Assembly: GCA_020854065.1 (NCBI GenBank)
Contig: JADZGF010000005.1
Coordinates: forward strand, 8,925 to 72,924
Length of the DNA: 64,000 bases
Source: Candidatus Nomurabacteria bacterium
Lineage (GTDB): Bacteria > Patescibacteriota > Minisyncoccia > Phycocordibacterales > SBAW01
Reading direction: 5' to 3'
Shown: one piece after another, positions 38,566-47,180 of the stretch
Layout: the number at the start of each line of letters is the position of its first letter
How positions within the stretch are numbered: position 1 is the stretch's first letter
Position numbers and translations under genes: made by a program
Notes under the pieces: model-generated
What the model was told of the DNA's origin: nothing
Database searches by the model: none
The model's input: the letters and a program-made list of their open reading frames with translations, nothing else

Positions 38566-38868
38566 ATGGCGAAAGCCACTAAGAAAGATGACGAAGTGGA
38601 CTCAATGGCTCAAGAAGCACATGAAGTGATCGAAGGGCTTCTTCAAAAGCTCAAAAGCTCGGAAGACGAGAAGGCTAAGATCAAAGAGAACAATGAGAAG
38701 GCCAAAGGCATACTTAAGTCCGCTATCGAGTTAGGGAGAAAATCCCTCTTGGTATTGTTCTTTATAGGCACCTTCGCGCTCACTCTCTACTACATGCCGA
38801 AGAGTGCTCCGACGGAGGAGGTGGCGGCTAACCCGCCTGCACATTTTCTCCTGAGCTTGGTCGCATAG
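38566..38868 (+). CDS. Orphan coiled-coil + TM protein (possibly the 5' part of a frameshifted gene)
   Basis: SD AAGGAG; TM LLVLFFIGTFALTLYY; overlapping -1 frame opens at 38832. Confidence 0.55.
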   Translation: MAKATKKDDEVDSMAQEAHEVIEGLLQKLKSSEDEKAKIKENNEKAKGILKSAIELGRKSLLVLFFIGTFALTLYYMPKSAPTEEVAANPPAHFLLSLVA

Positions 38869-39146
38869 CGGCTGAGCTAAAGGCCGATATTGCTGCGGTT
38901 GTTGCGCAGAATAACGACCTCCAGAAGGCACTTAATGCCCTCAGTGAACGACTGAAGGCTTCACAGGAAGAAGCCTTGCAGGACAAGGCGGAATGGGGTA
39001 AAACCCTAACAGATTTGGAGGCCCGTCAAGAGGGGCTTGACAAAAGGCTAACTTCGGTATATACTGATCTCAGCGAAACAGTAAAGCAGGTCGAGGGTTT
39101 GAAAGCCCAAATTTCGACTCTGCCAAAACAAGAGGAGATCAGAGAA

Positions 39147-39392
39147 ATGAAGAAGCAGCTTTTAGCGGTTTGCGCCGCTTTCGTTGCTCTTGCTGGCGCC
39201 GGTTGTACGCAGTATGGCGTGCAGGCGAATGCTCAGTCTTATCACCACAACAACCGTGGCCCGATCGCCCCACAGCGACTCATCACTGAGCACGCACCGC
39301 GGGAGGAAGGCCAGTTCCGCTGCAATGCAGATGGGACTCCTAGTGGGGGACCGGGTACTGGTACTGGCTGGTGCATGCGCCGAAGTCAGTAA
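39147..39392 (+). CDS. Small putative lipoprotein
   Basis: SD GAGGAG, MKKQLLAVCAAFVALAGAG|C signal; in frame with an upstream coiled-coil frame open from 38832. Confidence 0.6.
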   Translation: MKKQLLAVCAAFVALAGAGCTQYGVQANAQSYHHNNRGPIAPQRLITEHAPREEGQFRCNADGTPSGGPGTGTGWCMRRSQ

Positions 39393-39400
39393 CATCGTGC

Positions 39401-39424
39401 GGGGCTTGTCCATGGACAAGCCCC
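39401..39424 (+). terminator. Perfect 24-bp palindrome, probable terminator
   Basis: GGGGCTTGTCCATGGACAAGCCCC followed by cacaattcttttc. Confidence 0.7.
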
Positions 39425-39525
39425 CACAATTCTTTTCGTTAGAGACTTTTGTAAACCTTAGATGAGGTTTCCAATATGACTCTCGCGATTCGAGAGTAAC
39501 AGCTTTACAGACAAGGAGTAAGCTG

Positions 39526-39948
39526 ATGATCAAGTACTTTGCAATCGTGTTAGTGGTCGCAGGATTCTGTTCTACCGCTCAGGCTGAGCAGAACCGGCTC
39601 GACCAAGCTGTCGAGGCGTGCAAATATCGCGGTGCCATCCTCAAACAGAGGATTGCGACCGGTCAACTGTCTCGTGCTGAAAACGAACAGTATTTCGACA
39701 AAATGACCGCTGATCAATTTCGCCAGTTTCTGGTGAAGTGTCATCAGACGGACAACCGTTTCGTCGAGCCTCGGGCACCTAAAAATACAATCATGGCGTG
39801 TCCCTCTGGTCCTCCGCAACAAATTGTTGCTCGGCCTGGTGGCGCACCCATGAGCGAATGCTACAGGTGCAATGCAGAAACCAAGTTGCCCGATATTAAC
39901 GGCACGAAAATCTGCGGACCGCTGCACGCATCTCATCGCAAACAATGA
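39526..39948 (+). CDS. Small secreted Cys-containing orphan protein
   Basis: SD AAGGAG; signal peptide ending AQA; several Cys. Confidence 0.65.
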   Translation: MIKYFAIVLVVAGFCSTAQAEQNRLDQAVEACKYRGAILKQRIATGQLSRAENEQYFDKMTADQFRQFLVKCHQTDNRFVEPRAPKNTIMACPSGPPQQIVARPGGAPMSECYRCNAETKLPDINGTKICGPLHASHRKQ

Positions 39949-40077
39949 TGGTCCATGGGCCATCTACTGGGGTTACTTCGGTAGCCCCTCATTCTCTGGT
40001 CTTAATAGATTTCTATTGAGTCCGGAGCGTGAGTATTCATTATTAGGTTCGTCGTTTACAATTAATTAATAGCAATT

Positions 40078-41190
40078 ATGACTCGCTATAACCACTTCGT
40101 TCGGAATAGCACCATCGCACTCCTTGCGTTTATGGCACTTGCTCTTCCGACTGCCTTTGTCCAAGCGGACTTCGGCGATGATATTGGTGTGTGGGATATG
40201 GGTGGCGGTTACGACTACTATCCGGATACGTATACTGATTACTACCCGGACACGTACACTGACTATTACCCAGATACGTACACTGATTATTACCAGGATT
40301 CGTACTCTGATTACTACACTGCTCCTTCGTACAGCTCAGGTTACTCGTCTGGTGGCTCGTACTCGTATCCTTCGTACAGCTCGGGTTACTCGTACGGTTC
40401 TTCGTACAGCACCCCTTCGTACTCGGTACCGTCGTACAGCTACTCCAATACGAATGTTGAGACTTGCAATGCTACAAATAGCTGCAACGACAACAGCGTA
40501 GAGGACAACGATACGTACGAGGATAACGACACTCATACGGAGACTTGTTCGGCAACGAACAGCTGTAACGATAACAGCAACCACTCGTACGATTACACGT
40601 CGAACTACACGTCGACTTGGACTGACAACAGTGTCCACGACTACAGCTCTACGTGGATTGACAACTCGGTGTTCCACAGCGATGACCACTCGGTGGTAAA
40701 CATCCAGAACCCGGCTCCACAGCCATACATCGTATACAAAGACCGCGAGCGTGATCGTGACCGTGATCGTGATGACGATCGTCACTACGACCGCGACTAC
40801 GATGTCTGCTACAACCTTCCAGGTTTCCAGGACTACGTACCAAATGGTTACTATGTCTCTGGTGGTAACTGCTTCTACCAGCAGTACAACACTCCCGCTC
40901 CGTACGTATCTCTCTCGGCTGTGCCATACACTGGCCTCGAGATGGGTCCTACCGCAGCCGCTCTCTACTGGGGCTTCCTGGTACTGTGGTGCGCAGTAGC
41001 GGCATACCTCATCGCAGTGAAGAAGGTTCAGAACAAGCTCGTGAATGGTCTCAACACCTTCCTCTTCCCGGCAACTGCTCATACTTCGAGCCATGCTCAG
41101 GTATCGGTTTCCGAGACCAAAGAGGTAGCAAAGACCAATACCGATGGTATTGACCCCTTCATCGCTTCGCAGCTCGGCAAATATCGCTAA
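40078..41190 (+). CDS. Secreted Tyr/Ser/Asp-rich low-complexity protein with a VPYTG-TM sorting-signal-like C-terminus
   Basis: Signal peptide; DYYPDTYT repeats; (DR)n; VPYTG + hydrophobic helix + KK. Confidence 0.8.
   Translation: MTRYNHFVRNSTIALLAFMALALPTAFVQADFGDDIGVWDMGGGYDYYPDTYTDYYPDTYTDYYPDTYTDYYQDSYSDYYTAPSYSSGYSSGGSYSYPSYSSGYSYGSSYSTPSYSVPSYSYSNTNVETCNATNSCNDNSVEDNDTYEDNDTHTETCSATNSCNDNSNHSYDYTSNYTSTWTDNSVHDYSSTWIDNSVFHSDDHSVVNIQNPAPQPYIVYKDRERDRDRDRDDDRHYDRDYDVCYNLPGFQDYVPNGYYVSGGNCFYQQYNTPAPYVSLSAVPYTGLEMGPTAAALYWGFLVLWCAVAAYLIAVKKVQNKLVNGLNTFLFPATAHTSSHAQVSVSETKEVAKTNTDGIDPFIASQLGKYR
40213..40317 (+). repeat. 4 x 24-bp repeat encoding DYYPDTYT
   Basis: DYYPDTYT x3, DYYQDSYS, DYY. 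Confidence 0.85.
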
Positions 41191-41242
41191 GCGCGATTAA
41201 AGCGGATGCAGGGCTCACGGCTCTAGACTCCAAAACATTGTA

Positions 41243-41277
41243 GCAAAACCCCCCGGCACTACGCCGGGGGGTTTTGC
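41243..41277. terminator. Bidirectional intrinsic terminator
   Basis: gcaaaaccccccggc-actac-gccggggggttttgc. Confidence 0.88.
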
Positions 41278-41295
41278 ATTTTCTCATGTGGAGCT

Positions 41296-42522
41296 TTATG
41301 CCCTCGTCTTAATCTCCTCAACCAATTTTGAAACAATCTCAGTAACAGGGAGTACTCCTACTTTACCTTTGTCGCGACTCTCTAAACTTGCGGTGCCTGC
41401 CGATACTTCAGCGTCACCAATAACGAGCGTGTAGGGGATTTTTTCTGCTTTAGCTTCACGGATCTTCTTACCCAAACTCTCGCCACCTGCATCAATGTCG
41501 GCACGGATTCCTGCATCTTTAAGTTGGGCAAGCACCTCTTCTGCAAATGCAGCGTGCCCTTCACCGATAGGGAGGACGCGTGCTTGTACCGGAGAGAGCC
41601 AGGTAGGGAAGGCGCCTGCGTAGTGTTCAATCAAGAAAGCCATGATGCGCTCAATGGCGCCGATTGAAGAACGGTGTATTACAAATGCGCGATGTGGTTT
41701 GCCGTCCTCACCTACATAGGTCAAATCGAAGCGGTCTGGCATGCAGAAGTCGTATTGGACGGTAAAGGCAGTGTCTTCCTTGCCGTTTACGTTTTTCATC
41801 TGCACATCGATCTTGGGGCCGTAAAATGCTGCCTCATCTTTTGCTTCTTCGAATTCAACACCACGGCTTACCATGTGCTTGCGCAAGAGATCCTCAGCTT
41901 TTTCCCACGCAGCATCGTTCTTGTAGTATTTCTCGCTGTTACTGCGATCGCCAAGCGAAAGGCGGAAGCGGTAATGCTCGCCCATCTTAAGTCCAAATAC
42001 GCCAGCCATGTGCTCGATAAGATCAAGAGCTTTGCCGGCTTCTTCAACTGCTTGTTCTTCGCTCGTACAAATAATGTGCGCGTCTGCGAGGCAGAAGGTG
42101 CGTACACGCTGGAGACCCATAAGTTCACCAGACTGTTCGTAGCGGTACAGCTGCGCTAGCTCAGCGATACGCATAGGAAGTTCGCGGTAGCTGTGGGGAC
42201 GCGAGAGGTAGAGTTGGAAGTGATGCGGACAGGTCATCGGTCGGAGCATGAATTGCTCGTCGTCGATAACGATAGGTGCGTACATGCTGTCCTTGTAGTG
42301 TGGGTAGTGACCTGATTTTTCATAGAGCTCTAGCCGAGCCAGGTCTGGTGTGTGTACGTGGCTGTAGCCACGTTTGGTCTCCTCCTCAATTACAAAGTTC
42401 TCAAGCTCGCGTTTAACGATTGCTCCTTTAGGCAAGAACATTGGCAGTCCTTTGCCGATAGTCTGGTCGATATAAAAGAGTCCCAGCTCGGGACCTAGTT
42501 TTTTATGATCGCGCTCCTCCAT
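41296..42522 (-). CDS. thrS: Threonine-tRNA ligase lacking the N-terminal TGS and editing domains
   Basis: Starts at RDHKKLG; RPMTCPHH, YRYEQSG, AFYGPKID, IEHYAG, anticodon domain. Confidence 0.93.
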   Translation of the reverse strand: MEERDHKKLGPELGLFYIDQTIGKGLPMFLPKGAIVKRELENFVIEEETKRGYSHVHTPDLARLELYEKSGHYPHYKDSMYAPIVIDDEQFMLRPMTCPHHFQLYLSRPHSYRELPMRIAELAQLYRYEQSGELMGLQRVRTFCLADAHIICTSEEQAVEEAGKALDLIEHMAGVFGLKMGEHYRFRLSLGDRSNSEKYYKNDAAWEKAEDLLRKHMVSRGVEFEEAKDEAAFYGPKIDVQMKNVNGKEDTAFTVQYDFCMPDRFDLTYVGEDGKPHRAFVIHRSSIGAIERIMAFLIEHYAGAFPTWLSPVQARVLPIGEGHAAFAEEVLAQLKDAGIRADIDAGGESLGKKIREAKAEKIPYTLVIGDAEVSAGTASLESRDKGKVGVLPVTEIVSKLVEEIKTRA

Positions 42523-42569
42523 ATATTCTTCATATACTACCTCTTTAAGGTGTTTTGGCAAAAGCGAAA

Positions 42570-42597
42570 GGCCCGTACTCTCTGGTGAGTACGGGCC
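42570..42597 (-). terminator. Intrinsic terminator of the small 42604..42780 unit
   Basis: ggcccgtactc/gagtacgggcc 11-bp stem, then TTTCGCTTTT on the minus strand. Confidence 0.75.
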
Positions 42598-42603
42598 GAA
42601 GTA

Positions 42604-42780
42604 TCAAGTTGAAATTCTCTTTTTTTGGCGGCCGGGCGACCGCATCTGCTGAACGATGTCGTCCAGCATTGCCGTGGTTTTCTGATCCCGCATCTCTGCA
42701 GAATCGAAATCTGTTTGAGCGCTGTCGCGCTCGGACGGTACGCCAAACTCAGCAGGCAGTGATTCGCGGATATTCTCCAC
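42604..42780 (-). CDS. 58-aa orphan small protein (below the ORF-track cutoff)
   Basis: SD GGGAGG, GTG start, MENIRESLPAEFGVPSERDSAQTDFDSAEMRDQKTTAMLDDIVQQMRSPGRQKKRIST; own promoter and terminator. Confidence 0.55.
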   Translation of the reverse strand: MENIRESLPAEFGVPSERDSAQTDFDSAEMRDQKTTAMLDDIVQQMRSPGRQKKRIST

Positions 42781-42832
42781 AGAAACCTCCCTCGTTGATC
42801 ATGGAGACCCTACCAAAGTTCTTTCATTTATA

Positions 42833-42860
42833 AGTATAGCAAATTTAAGCTAAATGTCAA
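42833..42860 (-). promoter_or_regulatory. Near-consensus sigma70 promoter
   Basis: TTGACA-16 nt-TATACT with extended TGn. Confidence 0.75.
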
Positions 42861-42872
42861 GTGAAGGTGTGT

Positions 42873-45812
42873 TTATAGCGCTTTCATAGCTTCGGTCACT
42901 AAGGAGAGTTCTCCGTTGCGGTTGCTTAATCTTCCTTTGAGCGCAACACATGCGTCGGGTTTTAGTATCTCGCGATATTCAACAAAGCTTTTCGGGAAGA
43001 CCACCGCCTCTATCGTATCGCCTTCGTCTGCCAATTTGATAAACGCCATCTGGTCACCGCCTTTGGTGAGTATAGTGCGTATGTCGCTGATCATCCCTGC
43101 AGCCACAGCGCTGGTGCCTGGTATTGCTCGTTCGCGTAGATCTTTGATGGAATGAGCTGCTCCTTTCTTGCGTGCAGCATCGAGACGTTCGCGGTGTGCA
43201 TCAAGTGGATGTCCCGAGACATAGAGTCCGAGCAACTCCTTCTCCCATGCAAGCCGCTCTTTCATTGGTGTCTCGGGTGCAGGAGGAAGGGTTAACTCCA
43301 TCACTTCATCCATGCCCATAAAGAGGGAATCGTGGCCATGATCTTCAACTGCATCGCGGTGATACTTCAACAACATCTCCATGTGAGCGTGCATAGCGCC
43401 CCGCTCGCCAAAGGAGTCGAGCGCCCCGCACATAATGAGTGCCTCAAGAGATTTCTTGTTGAGGTGCTGTGTGGTTATGCGTTTCAGAAAATCAGAGAGC
43501 GAGACAAAGGCACCTGCGTTTCGCTCAGCGATGATTTGATCTGCAATACCTCTGCCAAAGTTTTTGATTGAGTAGAGGCCGAAGCGGATAGCGCCGGATT
43601 CTGGGATGACTGTAAAGTCACCGAAGCTTTCATTGATATCAGGTGGCAAGATGGTAATGCCCATTCGTTTGCATTCATTCACCATGATAGAGACGGTATC
43701 GATGTCTCCTGCTTCTGCCGTTAACACCGCTGCCATGTACTCCACCGGGTAGTTGGCTTTCATGTATGCAGTTTGGTATGCCACACGACCATAGCTTGCG
43801 GCATGTGCTTTGTTAAACCCGTACGCGGCAAACGGTTCAATTAATTTCCAGAGTTTTTCTGCAAGTGGTTTGGAGAGTTTTCCATATTCGATAAATCCTT
43901 TGATCAGTTTTTCTTTCTCTGCGGCCATAACCTCAGGAATCTTCTTACCCATCGCTTTGCGCAACTTATCAGCTTCAAGCCAGCTATATCCGGCAAGTTT
44001 AATAGCGGTCAAAAGCACGTCGTCCTGATACACCAACACGCCGTATGAGAAGTCGAGATATTCCTTCATGCGTGGGTCGAGGTAGTGAATGAGTGCAGCG
44101 TTATGTTTGCGCTCAATATACATAGGAATGGTTTCCATTGGTCCCGGGCGGAAGAGCGCCACCATGGCGTTAATATCGTGAATGGTCGAAGGCTTCAGTT
44201 CTTTGAGGCAGCGCGTCATACCCGCACCGTTTAACTGGAATGTTCCTTCAGTCTCACCACGGGAGAGCATTTCAAATGTCTTTGTGTCCGCAACATCAAT
44301 GTTTTCGATATCAATCGTGATGCCGCGTGTCTTCTGCACCATCTTCACGGTGTGCGCCAATATGGCCAGGTTGCGGATGCCAAGGAAGTCAAACTTCAAA
44401 AGTCCCGCTTCCTCAATTGAGTACATGTCGTACTGGGTGATGACTTTTCCGCCCTTCGGGTCGAGCTGTATCGGAGAGAAGTCGGTTAACGGAGTCGGGG
44501 CGATAACCACACCGGCAGCGTGCACTCCCACGTGGCGCGCACAGCCTTCAATCTTTTTGCCGAGATCAATAATCTCGCGCACGTCACGCTCTGCTTTATA
44601 CATTTTGGCGAGTTCAGGATTTTCACTCAGCGCGCGCTCCAGAGTCATGGGAAACCCTTGCGAACCAAACGGAACTTCTTTGGCGATGCGATCTCCAAGA
44701 CCATAGGGATATCCGAGTGCACGGGCAACGTCGCGCACGACGCCGCGTGCAAGCATGGTGCCAAAAGTACCAATTTGTCCTACTTGTTCAGTCCCATAGG
44801 TTCTACGTGCGTAATCAATCATTTCGTCACGGCGATCGTCGGCGTAGTCCATGTCGATATCGGGAGCGGACGGACGTTCAGGGTTTAGGAAGCGTTCAAA
44901 GGGGAGTTTGTATTCAAGTGGGTTTACGTTGGTAATGCCTGTTACGTATGTGACGAGACTTCCGGCGACGGAACCGCGGATGGTGGTGAGGATTCCGCTT
45001 TCTCTTGCGTATCGTAAAAGATCGGCGACCACCAAGAAATATGGTGCGTATCCTTTGTCGATAATAATTTTGTACTCGTATTCAATACGCTCCCGCACTG
45101 CAGGGTCTTGGTCGAGACCACGACGCACAAGTCCATTTTCAATTAAGTTGCGTAACTCTTGGTTGTAGTTTGAACCTTCAGGGATGGGGAGATTAGGGAA
45201 CACCCACTGGCCAAGTTTCAACTCTACGTTGCACTCTGCTGCAAGGTCCACTGTTTTTTGCAGAGCCTCAGGACTAAAACGACTCCCCATATCTTCGGCA
45301 GAACGAAAATAAAAACCTTCGTCATCGTCCGTTAGGTCGCCCTCTTCAGCGGGGCCGCGATTTTCAATGGCACGGATAGTTTCCCATGCGCGACGATCTT
45401 CAGGGTTGAGATAAAATACTTCACTTAATGCAATGGAGGGATCCTTGGGGTCAACCATTAAGAGTCCCTCGCCATGCTCCTTCAGCATCTCTTGAGTAAT
45501 GGGAGTTCCTTGTGCGTCAGTTAAATGAGAAATAGAAACTAACTTAATGAGATTTTTATACCCCTCATTGTTTTTCGCATACAACAGTAACCGCTTGCCA
45601 TCACCTATGTTTGCGTCAAGTCCGATGATCGGTTTAATGCCTGCATCTTTGCACTCTTTATAAAACTCAATGGCACCATAGAGATTGTCTATGTCGGTTA
45701 GTGCAAGTGCTTCGCAACCCATCTCTTTGGCACGCGCCACGAGTTCAGGGACTTTTGGCAGAGCCTTCAGGAGTGAGTAATGCGAATGTACGTGTAAGGG
45801 GACAAACGCCAT
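42873..45812 (-). CDS. dnaE: DNA polymerase III alpha subunit
   Basis: LHVHSHYS, RGS.AGS, FERFLNPER..PDIDMD, HAAGVVI, FNKAHA. Confidence 0.96.
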   Translation of the reverse strand: MAFVPLHVHSHYSLLKALPKVPELVARAKEMGCEALALTDIDNLYGAIEFYKECKDAGIKPIIGLDANIGDGKRLLLYAKNNEGYKNLIKLVSISHLTDAQGTPITQEMLKEHGEGLLMVDPKDPSIALSEVFYLNPEDRRAWETIRAIENRGPAEEGDLTDDDEGFYFRSAEDMGSRFSPEALQKTVDLAAECNVELKLGQWVFPNLPIPEGSNYNQELRNLIENGLVRRGLDQDPAVRERIEYEYKIIIDKGYAPYFLVVADLLRYARESGILTTIRGSVAGSLVTYVTGITNVNPLEYKLPFERFLNPERPSAPDIDMDYADDRRDEMIDYARRTYGTEQVGQIGTFGTMLARGVVRDVARALGYPYGLGDRIAKEVPFGSQGFPMTLERALSENPELAKMYKAERDVREIIDLGKKIEGCARHVGVHAAGVVIAPTPLTDFSPIQLDPKGGKVITQYDMYSIEEAGLLKFDFLGIRNLAILAHTVKMVQKTRGITIDIENIDVADTKTFEMLSRGETEGTFQLNGAGMTRCLKELKPSTIHDINAMVALFRPGPMETIPMYIERKHNAALIHYLDPRMKEYLDFSYGVLVYQDDVLLTAIKLAGYSWLEADKLRKAMGKKIPEVMAAEKEKLIKGFIEYGKLSKPLAEKLWKLIEPFAAYGFNKAHAASYGRVAYQTAYMKANYPVEYMAAVLTAEAGDIDTVSIMVNECKRMGITILPPDINESFGDFTVIPESGAIRFGLYSIKNFGRGIADQIIAERNAGAFVSLSDFLKRITTQHLNKKSLEALIMCGALDSFGERGAMHAHMEMLLKYHRDAVEDHGHDSLFMGMDEVMELTLPPAPETPMKERLAWEKELLGLYVSGHPLDAHRERLDAARKKGAAHSIKDLRERAIPGTSAVAAGMISDIRTILTKGGDQMAFIKLADEGDTIEAVVFPKSFVEYREILKPDACVALKGRLSNRNGELSLVTEAMKAL

Positions 45813-45867
45813 GGGCTCAGTATACGCTTCATGCTTCCTCTTGTACCACCACTGATATAATGGTGGT

Positions 45868-46497
45868 ATGCAGCGATGGATGATAGGGGTCGACGAGGCG
45901 GGCCGTGGCCCTCTTGCGGGCCCTGTCGCCGTTGGACTTATTGCCGCACCAGCGGATCTCGATATCCTTGAAGCATTTCCGGGGGTTGCTGATTCAAAGC
46001 GCTTAACCGCTGGTGCTCGTGAAAATATCTATGCGTTAGTTGAGATGCGAGCACGTCGTGGCGACATCAAGTTTGTTGCGCGTTTCGCATCCGCCCGCTT
46101 TATCGACCGATATGGCATTACGCGTGCTGTGGAGCGGGCAACAGTTAACGGGATGCGTCGTCTCGATATTCCGTCCAAAAGCGCTCACGTGATGCTCGAT
46201 GGATTGCTCAAAGCGCCACCGCACTATTCGCAAGAGACTATTGTGCGGGGTGATGCCGCGGTTCCACTTATCTCACTTGCATCCGTTGTCGCAAAAGTAC
46301 GACGCGATCGACTCATGCGCCGCTTAGCTGCAGAGTATCCACAGTGGGGTTTTGAAGTGCATAAGGGATATCCCACAGCGGGACACTATGCCGCGCTCAC
46401 GGAGTGGGGATTAAGCGATATTCATCGACGTAGTTTCTGCAAGAAGTTTGTCCTTGACTCGTCTCTTGATGTAGGAGTACCATTGATATCCAGGTAG
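45868..46497 (+). CDS. rnhB: Ribonuclease HII
   Basis: GVDEAGRGPLAGPV, DSK, ASVVAKV.RD, KGY, HRRSF. Confidence 0.95.
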   Translation: MQRWMIGVDEAGRGPLAGPVAVGLIAAPADLDILEAFPGVADSKRLTAGARENIYALVEMRARRGDIKFVARFASARFIDRYGITRAVERATVNGMRRLDIPSKSAHVMLDGLLKAPPHYSQETIVRGDAAVPLISLASVVAKVRRDRLMRRLAAEYPQWGFEVHKGYPTAGHYAALTEWGLSDIHRRSFCKKFVLDSSLDVGVPLISR

Positions 46498-46575
46498 TTC
46501 GTTTATCCGTTTTCGACCCTTGTACGCCATGGGGACGTACGGGACATTCACCACCAGACCGAAGGGCATCGGTAC

Positions 46576-46824
46576 ATGACGTCTATTATTAGACGGAAGG
46601 CTCTCCGAGAAGAGCCAAAGACGAACTGGAAGATTCCATGCGAGCGTAACTGCCCGCATTATGAAAAAGGAGGAAGTGCGACCAAGGTCGCCTGCGGCGT
46701 GAATGGTACCTTTTGTACCCGTCCTGCGCCGGAGAAATCAAGCTTTATATCTTGTCCTGATCATCCGGACTTCAAGCCGGACCCTGCACATCGTGTTCCA
46801 ATTGCTCAGCTCCTTCGGGTCTGA
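46576..46824 (+). CDS. Small Cys-rich orphan, possible zinc-binding protein
   Basis: CERNCPHY, C.....C, CPDHP; followed by a hairpin. Confidence 0.5.
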   Translation: MTSIIRRKALREEPKTNWKIPCERNCPHYEKGGSATKVACGVNGTFCTRPAPEKSSFISCPDHPDFKPDPAHRVPIAQLLRV

Positions 46825-46836
46825 GCCCCCTCACCA

Positions 46837-46870
46837 GAGCCCCCGCCAACAGGTGGGGGTTCCTTATTTT
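46837..46870 (+). terminator. Probable intrinsic terminator
   Basis: gagcccccgcc-aaca-ggtgggggttc then cttatttt. Confidence 0.65.
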
Positions 46871-46895
46871 ATAGAGATATGCTATATATAGAGCC

Positions 46896-47132
46896 ATGGT
46901 AGTCCGAATGAGACACACCCGGTCGCACACGGCTAATCGCCGTTCGCACCATGCCCTCAAGGCGCAAAAGCTCGCAACCTGCGAGTGTGGCGCTGCGCGC
47001 GTGTCTCACCGCGCTTGTGCGTCGTGCGGTCGCTACCGTGGACGTGTTGTAGTTGACCTTGCTGCAAAACAGCAGGCAAAGGCTGCAAAGCGTGCAAAGA
47101 AGGAGGGGAATAAGGCCGAGGCGCAGAAGTAA
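46896..47132 (+). CDS. rpmF: 50S ribosomal protein L32
   Basis: RRSHHAL, CECG...SHRAC..CGRYRGR. Confidence 0.93.
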   Translation: MVVRMRHTRSHTANRRSHHALKAQKLATCECGAARVSHRACASCGRYRGRVVVDLAAKQQAKAAKRAKKEGNKAEAQK

Positions 47133-47180
47133 ATCTGCATTGGGCTTTGTTTCCGGTTCGCAGGTCGTTCTTTTACACAT

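Noticed and set aside
40213-40317. 24-bp repeats as a mini-CRISPR
   Set aside because: Contiguous coding repeats with no spacers.
42560-42830. T-box or attenuator leader for thrS
   Set aside because: No T-box consensus (GGTGGnACC) or Thr-rich leader peptide; thrS has its own -10-like element just upstream of its ATG.
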